Assembly: GCA_963713975.1 (NCBI GenBank)
Contig: OY970218.1
Coordinates: forward strand, 2,560,001-2,624,000
Reading direction: 5' to 3'
Source of the DNA: an uncultured Chloroflexia bacterium
GTDB lineage: Bacteria > Chloroflexota > Limnocylindria > Limnocylindrales > CSP1-4
Length of the DNA: 64,000 nucleotides
Under the pieces are notes generated by a model. It was given only the letters and a program-made list of their open reading frames with translations. It made no database searches and was not told where the DNA came from. Below are positions 58,604-64,000 of the stretch, one piece after another. Both the position numbers and the translations under genes were made by a program. Each line of letters begins with the position of its first letter. The stretch's first letter is position 1.

Positions 58604-59533
58604 TTACTGGTCAAGCGCCGCGCGCAGGTCCGGGAGGCGGTCCATGGTCTCGGCGTCGAAGGGCGACCGGAAGATGATCACGATGTGCCGGAAGCCAACC
58701 CGAGCGTAGCCGGCGAGCACCTCCGCCACCTCGTCCACCGATCCGGCTGCGTCCAGGTGCTCCTCGCCGGGCTGCGGGACGTGCCGCGCCACCACGTTCT
58801 CCCAGTCCCGCGTCGCGGTCTCGCGGTCCTGCCGGATGACCACGTTGAGGTTGACCGTGCGCTCGATCTGGTCAGCGCTACGCCCCACCGCACCGCAGGC
58901 CGCGCGGAGGATCGCGTCGGACCGGGCGAGCGCTTCGGGCGTGCCGTAGGCGTTCCACATATCCCCGTAGCGGGCGATGAGCGGCAGCGTCTTCTTCGGG
59001 CCCGAGCCGCCGATGAGGATGGGCACCCGCGGCTGGACAGGCCGTGGTGCGCACACGGCCTCGTCGAACCGGTAGAAGCGGCCCTCGTGCGTAACCATCT
59101 CGCCGTCCAGGAGCCGGCGGATCAGCGGCACGGCCTCGCCGAGGCGGTCCAGGCGCTCACCGATCCCGGACCCGAAGTCGAACCCGAAGGCAGCGTGCTC
59201 GCGTTCGAACCAGCCCGCACCGATGCCGAGGATCGCGCGACCCCCGGACAGGTGATCGACCGTGGCGGTCATCTTCGCCGTGAGGCCGGGGTTGCGGAGG
59301 GTGTTGGCCACGACCATGTGACCGATCCTTGCCCGCTCCGTGACGGCGGCGATGGCCGCGAGCGTGGTCCAGCCCTCCAGCTTGGCGTCGTGCCAGTCGC
59401 CCTCGTCGGACAGGAGGTGGTCGTCGACCCAGAGGTCGTCGAAACCGGCCGCCTCCGCGCGCACGATCGCTTCGCGCAGCTCCGGCCAACCGGTCCGCTG
59501 CACCCAGAACGCCGCGCCAAACTGCATCGCCAT
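58604..59533 (-). CDS. LLM-class flavin/F420-dependent oxidoreductase
   Basis: AEAAGFDDLWVDDHL, LRNPGLTAKM, SGGRAILGIGAGW, PILIGGSG. Confidence 0.92.
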   Translation of the reverse strand: MAMQFGAAFWVQRTGWPELREAIVRAEAAGFDDLWVDDHLLSDEGDWHDAKLEGWTTLAAIAAVTERARIGHMVVANTLRNPGLTAKMTATVDHLSGGRAILGIGAGWFEREHAAFGFDFGSGIGERLDRLGEAVPLIRRLLDGEMVTHEGRFYRFDEAVCAPRPVQPRVPILIGGSGPKKTLPLIARYGDMWNAYGTPEALARSDAILRAACGAVGRSADQIERTVNLNVVIRQDRETATRDWENVVARHVPQPGEEHLDAAGSVDEVAEVLAGYARVGFRHIVIIFRSPFDAETMDRLPDLRAALDQ

Positions 59534-59610
59534 CGGATCGCCTCCTCGACCGTATCGTAGGGCGGAGCCGCCCGGCAGGCGGTCGCGCTCCGGAGCCGCA
59601 TCGGGCCCGA

Positions 59611-60240
59611 TCAGGGTGCTGCCGGCCCCCCGAAGCGAAGCGTCCGGAAGACCCAAAGCTCCGTGCCGGTCTCGCTCCACGCACCGGGACGCAGGCCCGC
59701 CTTCTTGCAGCAGGCCTCGAGCATCTGGGTCGGTCCGTGACCCACGGTATCGGCGACCTCGGGCAGCAGGAGCCCGCGCCGCCCACCCCTCGCCACCACG
59801 ATGCCGTCCGTGCCCGGCCGGAAGGCCTGCGCGTCCTCGAGCGGCACGAGCGGGCCCAGGACGGAGACGTCGATCTCGATCGCCGCAAGCTCGCCCGGCT
59901 CCACGCCCGGGAAGCGGGGATCGCCCCGGGCAGCCCACCGGGCCGCGTCCACGACGTTTGCCGAAGCGAGCTCGTCCGCGTCCAGGTTGCCCATGCAGCC
60001 ACGAAGCCGTCCGAGCTCGGTCAGGGTGACGAAGGCCGCGGCGCGGCGCTCCGGCACGGGACCGGCGTCGAGCGCCACCTGCAGCGCCGGACCGGGTTCC
60101 GCGCCCGTTGCCACGGCGACTGCGACCCGGGCAAGGTCGAGCAGGCGCGCCTGCTCCTCGGCCGGGATGTCTACGGGCGGGGGAGGACCCGGGCGGTCGG
60201 CATCGGTGTCACGGGTGGTGCTGAAGGTTGGACGAGCCAT
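59611..60240 (-). CDS. amrA: AmmeMemoRadiSam system protein A (AMMECR1 domain)
   Basis: AFVTL, LRGCMG, DPRF, IDVSVL, GLLLPEV, KKAGL. Confidence 0.9.
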   Translation of the reverse strand: MARPTFSTTRDTDADRPGPPPPVDIPAEEQARLLDLARVAVAVATGAEPGPALQVALDAGPVPERRAAAFVTLTELGRLRGCMGNLDADELASANVVDAARWAARGDPRFPGVEPGELAAIEIDVSVLGPLVPLEDAQAFRPGTDGIVVARGGRRGLLLPEVADTVGHGPTQMLEACCKKAGLRPGAWSETGTELWVFRTLRFGGPAAP

Positions 60241-60373
60241 GACGGGAGCCTCCGATGATGGCCGGATCGTGCCCCGTCGAAGCCCGGGGCCACAGGGCGC
60301 AACTGCCCCCAATCCGATGCCCCCGGCACTGGAGTCCCGAACGGTCCCGGGCGAGACTTGGCGGCGAACTGCC

Positions 60374-61450
60374 ATGCCGATGCCCGCACGTCCCACCACC
60401 GACGCCGTTCCCTCGGTCCTGGCCGAGACGCTGCCCGACGGAAGCGTCCGGTGTGGTGTCTGTGCCCACCGCTGCCTCGTCCGGCCCGGTCGCACGGGGA
60501 TCTGCGGCGTGCGCGAGAACCGCGACGGGACGCTGTGGTGCCTGGCCTACGGTGCGGTCGCCGCGATGGGCGTGGACCCGATCGAGAAGAAGCCCCTGTT
60601 CCACGTGGAGCCCGGATCGACCGCCTACTCCATCTCCACGACGGGCTGCCCGTTCCACTGCGTGTTCTGCCAGAACTGGGAGATCGCCCAGGGGCCACGG
60701 CTGGGCATCAAGGTCCCCCAGCGCCGGATGTCGCCCGCGCGCATTGTCGAGGAGGCGCTGCGGACGGGCGCGCGGTCCATCGCCTACACCTACGTCGAGC
60801 CCACGGTGTTCCTGGAGTACGCCCTCGATACCGCCCGCCTTGCCCGAGATGCGGGTCTGCGCAACGTGTTCATCACCGACGGTTACGCCACGCCTGAGGC
60901 CGTGACCCTGCTGTCGGGCGTGCTCGATGCCGCCAATGTCGATCTCAAGAGCTTCGACGACGCCTTCTATCGACGCCAGTGCGGTGCGAGGCTGGCACCC
61001 GTCCTCGAGGCGATCGTGGCGATGCGCCAGGCCGGCGTCTGGCTCGAGATCACCACGCTGGTCATCCCGGGCCACAACGACGGCGATGAGGAGCTGGGAG
61101 CGCTCACCGGCTGGATCAACGACACGCTCGGTCCGGAAACGCCCTGGCACGTGAGCCGGTTCCACCCGGCGTTCCGGATGCAGGACGTCCCATCGACACC
61201 GGCCGCGACGCTGCTGCGCGCCGCCGGCATCGGGCGGGATGCCGGCTTGCGTCACGTGTACGTGGGGAACGCGCCGGAGCTTGCCCTGGAGGACACCCGG
61301 TGCTCGGGATGTGGCCGGGTGCTCATCGAGCGGACCGGCTATCGGACCCGCTCCGTTCTCGCTCGGGACGGGGCCTGCCCCGACTGCGGCGAACGGCTCG
61401 CGGGACGCTGGGCGTCTACGCCGCCATCCAGCGTCGCGGGATCGCGATGA
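60374..61450 (+). CDS. amrS: AmmeMemoRadiSam system radical SAM enzyme
   Basis: CGVCAHRC, GICGVR, DPIEKKPLFH, GCPFHCVFCQNWEI, AYTYVEP, NVDLKSF, WHVSRFHP, VYVGN. Confidence 0.93.
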   Translation: MPMPARPTTDAVPSVLAETLPDGSVRCGVCAHRCLVRPGRTGICGVRENRDGTLWCLAYGAVAAMGVDPIEKKPLFHVEPGSTAYSISTTGCPFHCVFCQNWEIAQGPRLGIKVPQRRMSPARIVEEALRTGARSIAYTYVEPTVFLEYALDTARLARDAGLRNVFITDGYATPEAVTLLSGVLDAANVDLKSFDDAFYRRQCGARLAPVLEAIVAMRQAGVWLEITTLVIPGHNDGDEELGALTGWINDTLGPETPWHVSRFHPAFRMQDVPSTPAATLLRAAGIGRDAGLRHVYVGNAPELALEDTRCSGCGRVLIERTGYRTRSVLARDGACPDCGERLAGRWASTPPSSVAGSR

Positions 61451-62394
61451 CGGGGCCGGTTCGCGCCACGTCGGTCGCGGAGTCGTTCTATCCGCGCGAT
61501 CCGGGCGAGCTTGGGCGCCTGGTCGCTGGGCTGTTCAGCGCCGCCGAGCGCCTGCCTGGGCGGCCGGGGGTCCGGGTCGCCCAGGCAGGCGCCACGGCGC
61601 TGCCGACAGGGATCCTGGTGCCGCATGCGGGTCTCGTCTACTCGGGCGTCGTGGCGGCTGCGGCCTGGGCCTGTATGGGATCGGGTCCGGGAGCCGACCC
61701 GGGCAGGAGCGATGGCCACCAGTCGCCGCCCGTGGTCGTGCTCCTCGGGACCAACCACCGTGCCGGTTGGCTCGATGGAGTCGGCGCCTGGGATGCCGGC
61801 GCGTGGCAGACGCCGTCCGGCGCCGTGGCCGTGGACCAGGCACTCGCCACCGAGGTCCTCGCGCTTGGCCCGCCATTCGTCGTGGACCGGGACGCCCACC
61901 GGGGCGAGCACTCGCTCGAGGTCCAGCTGCCACTGCTCCGTGGGGTCGATCCAGGGGCGAGGATCGTGCCGCTCGCGGTCTCGGCCGGGGTCGGGGACCG
62001 GGCAATCACGGCGGGGGAGCGCCTTGGCCGGCTCCTCGCTGCGCGCCGTGATGCCGGCGAGCGGATCGTCCTCGCGATCAGTACGGACATGGCCCACTAC
62101 CCACCGGCCGATGAGTGTGCACGGGTGACCGAGCTGCTCCTGCCGGCCATCCTCGATCTCGATGCGGCCGGGCTCGCGGTGCTCGAGAGCGATGTTCGAC
62201 GGGCCGGGATCCGCGGCCTTGCCTGCGGGATGTGCGGGATCCAGCCGGCCGTGATGGGCCTCGCGGCACTGCGGGCGATGGGCGTTGAGTCCGGCACGTT
62301 CCTTGCTGCCGCGACGTCTGGGGACGCCGGAGGGCCCCGGGACGAGACCGTGGGCTATCTCGCCGTCCGGTTCGACCCTCGGCCCGTGTCGTAG
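61447..62394 (+). CDS. amrB: AmmeMemoRadiSam system protein B (Memo family)
   Basis: SFYP, VPHAGLVYSG, LLGTNH, EHSLEVQLP, STDMAHY, MCG, VGY. Confidence 0.92.
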   Translation: MTGPVRATSVAESFYPRDPGELGRLVAGLFSAAERLPGRPGVRVAQAGATALPTGILVPHAGLVYSGVVAAAAWACMGSGPGADPGRSDGHQSPPVVVLLGTNHRAGWLDGVGAWDAGAWQTPSGAVAVDQALATEVLALGPPFVVDRDAHRGEHSLEVQLPLLRGVDPGARIVPLAVSAGVGDRAITAGERLGRLLAARRDAGERIVLAISTDMAHYPPADECARVTELLLPAILDLDAAGLAVLESDVRRAGIRGLACGMCGIQPAVMGLAALRAMGVESGTFLAAATSGDAGGPRDETVGYLAVRFDPRPVS

Positions 62395-62494
62395 GGGCGT
62401 GGCAGCGCGCTCGACTGCCACACGGCCTGGGGAACCGAACGCAGACAGGCGCTCCTTGTCAGGCCGGTCGGACATCCAGGGCGGCGCCGTGGGT

Positions 62495-62959
62495 TCAGGG
62501 GCAGTTCATCGGACCGTCGCGCTGGAAGTAGCCGACCGGGACGACGCCGATGTGGATGGTCCGGGCATCGACCATCGCGCCGTTGGCGATCATGCCCTCC
62601 TCGGGCGGGGTCTCGCTGAGCCTGGGCCCACCGGGGAAGTGATCCATCTGCCACTCGACCGTGTAGCCGCGGTCGCGCAGCCATTGTTCCGCTTCGGGAG
62701 GCGTCATGAGCTCGACACCGCTGCAATAGAGCGGTTGCCCCTTGTTGAAGGCACCCTCGGCCGTGTGGACGTCGGTTCTGACGACGACCTGCGCGGCGGT
62801 CGTGAAGCCGGCACCGACTCCGAGCACGAGGCCGACCGCAAGCGACACAACAGCCACCGGGACAACACTCCCGCGTGCGCGGCGACGGCGGTCGGGAGTC
62901 CACTCGCCTTTCTCCATCGCACGCAGCCGCGCGTCAAGGTCTTCGTCCGAGGTGATCAT
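62495..62959 (-). CDS. Single-pass membrane protein, probable anti-sigma factor
   Basis: Translationally coupled to the ECF sigma; short charged N-terminus, one TM helix, extracytoplasmic domain with two Cys. Confidence 0.65.
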   Translation of the reverse strand: MITSDEDLDARLRAMEKGEWTPDRRRRARGSVVPVAVVSLAVGLVLGVGAGFTTAAQVVVRTDVHTAEGAFNKGQPLYCSGVELMTPPEAEQWLRDRGYTVEWQMDHFPGGPRLSETPPEEGMIANGAMVDARTIHIGVVPVGYFQRDGPMNCP

Positions 62960-63450
62960 CGCCGTTCCTCCCCGAGCTCGACCCGCAACCGGGCCTTCGC
63001 CCGTGATATCCAGCTCGCGACGGTGCCCTCCGGCACGTGGAGCGCATCGCCGATCTCCGCGTAGCCGACGCCGTCAAGGACGTGGAGCATGAGCGCCGCC
63101 CGCTGGTTGCGCGGCAGCCGGCGCAGGGCATCCCACAGCTCGAGGTCGGCGGGCACCAGAGGTGCCGGCGTCGCACGCAGAGCCGTGGCCAGCGCACGGC
63201 GCCGCCGGCGGAGCTCGTTGAGCGCAAGGCGGACGCCGATGACCTGGAGCCACGGCCAAAGCCCGTCACCATGGAAGTCCGCCTCGTGCCGGATGGCGCG
63301 GAGGCACGTCTCTTGAGCCAGGTCCTCCGCCTCGTCGTGGTCCCCGACCACGATGGCCAGGCGATGGACGAGCCGTGGCCGCAGCGCGAGGACGTCGTCC
63401 TCGAACGCCCGCGTCGCGGGTGCTGCGGCCTCGACCACCAGTTCGCTCAT
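62956..63450 (-). CDS. ECF RNA polymerase sigma factor
   Basis: AEDLAQETCLRA, PWL, LPRNQRAALML, YAEIGDALHVPEGTVASWISRA. Confidence 0.92.
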   Translation of the reverse strand: MSELVVEAAAPATRAFEDDVLALRPRLVHRLAIVVGDHDEAEDLAQETCLRAIRHEADFHGDGLWPWLQVIGVRLALNELRRRRRALATALRATPAPLVPADLELWDALRRLPRNQRAALMLHVLDGVGYAEIGDALHVPEGTVASWISRAKARLRVELGEERR

Positions 63451-63484
63451 GGCTGTCGTCGTCCTTGCGCATCTGGTCCCACCA

Positions 63485-63510
63485 CACGAACACCGACGAC
63501 CCGGGATTCC
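63485..63510 (-). promoter_or_regulatory. Candidate ECF-type autoregulatory promoter
   Basis: Minus strand GGAAT-17 nt-CGTG upstream of the sigma gene. Confidence 0.4.
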
Positions 63511-63640
63511 TTGCAGCTCGCGCTCCCGCGGCTGGAACCTGCCGCCAGAACTGTGGCGGGGTCGTGGGGCAACGCAAGGGCCATCGGAGCGAGGTTTCGC
63601 ACGCTGGGTGGCGCGGTTGGACCGCGGATACCCTTGGATG

Positions 63641-64000
63641 GTGACAACTCTCGCCCAGCCTGACGACCGCGTTCCGTCCGCCGCATGCGAGGCGATCCTC
63701 GGGTGGTACGACGCCGAGGGCCGGGATCTCGCCTTCCGCACCACCGCAGACCCGTACGCCGTGCTGGTGTCGGAGTTGATGGCCCAGCAGACGCAGGCGG
63801 CCCGTGCGGCGGAGGCATGGACGGCCTGGATGGCCCGCTGGCCCACCGTCGAGGACCTGGCCGCCGCACCGGTAGCCGAGGTGCTGCGCGCCTGGGCGGG
63901 TCTTGGCTACAACCGGCGCGCCGTGGCGCTCCACCGGGCGGCACGGGTCATCGTCGAGCGGCACGACGGTCGCGTCCCGTCCACCGTGGACGGACTCGAG
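63641..64000 (+). CDS. mutY: A/G-specific adenine glycosylase (3' truncated)
   Basis: ILGWYDAEGRDLAFR..DPYAVLVSELMAQQTQ, RWPTVEDLA, WAGLGYNRRA; TACCCT 6 nt before GTG. Confidence 0.92.
   Translation, partial: MTTLAQPDDRVPSAACEAILGWYDAEGRDLAFRTTADPYAVLVSELMAQQTQAARAAEAWTAWMARWPTVEDLAAAPVAEVLRAWAGLGYNRRAVALHRAARVIVERHDGRVPSTVDGLE

Overview
High-GC bacterial DNA. The gene style (leaderless genes, no outer-membrane machinery seen, coproporphyrin-type haem operon) suggests a monoderm, probably Chloroflexota; this is inference only. Left to right: glnS; a ~15 kb accessory tract between glnS and tRNA-Gln(CTG), holding a DeoR/DhaKL/lactonase/sugar-ABC cluster, an IS481 remnant, a 123-bp duplication of the tRNA 3' half plus flank, a MITE-like element, a TIM-barrel/Tm-1-like/TIM-barrel operon and a hydroxyacid-oxoacid transhydrogenase; a secreted His/Cys protein; vapBC; metY-metX behind a Met-Cys-Met leader peptide with terminator and antiterminator; an OmpR-type two-component system with two paralogous secreted proteins; a TPP-riboswitch thiY-thiX operon lacking its ATPase; a TasA/SipW locus; a glycosyltransferase, an aldehyde dehydrogenase and a maltokinase-like kinase; feoAB divergent from an HTH regulator plus hemA-C/D-B-L-E-H-radical SAM-Y; a CBS-BON protein, an LLM oxidoreductase, the AmmeMemoRadiSam trio, an ECF sigma/anti-sigma pair and the start of mutY. 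The best candidates for undescribed systems are (1) the TasA-type fibre locus, whose ~2,100-aa beta-helix adhesin is fused behind its own SipW peptidase and carries an internal SipW-type signal plus a donor-strand-like peptide, and (2) the ribosome-mediated Met/Cys attenuator of metY-metX. All calls come from reading motifs by eye; no searches were run.
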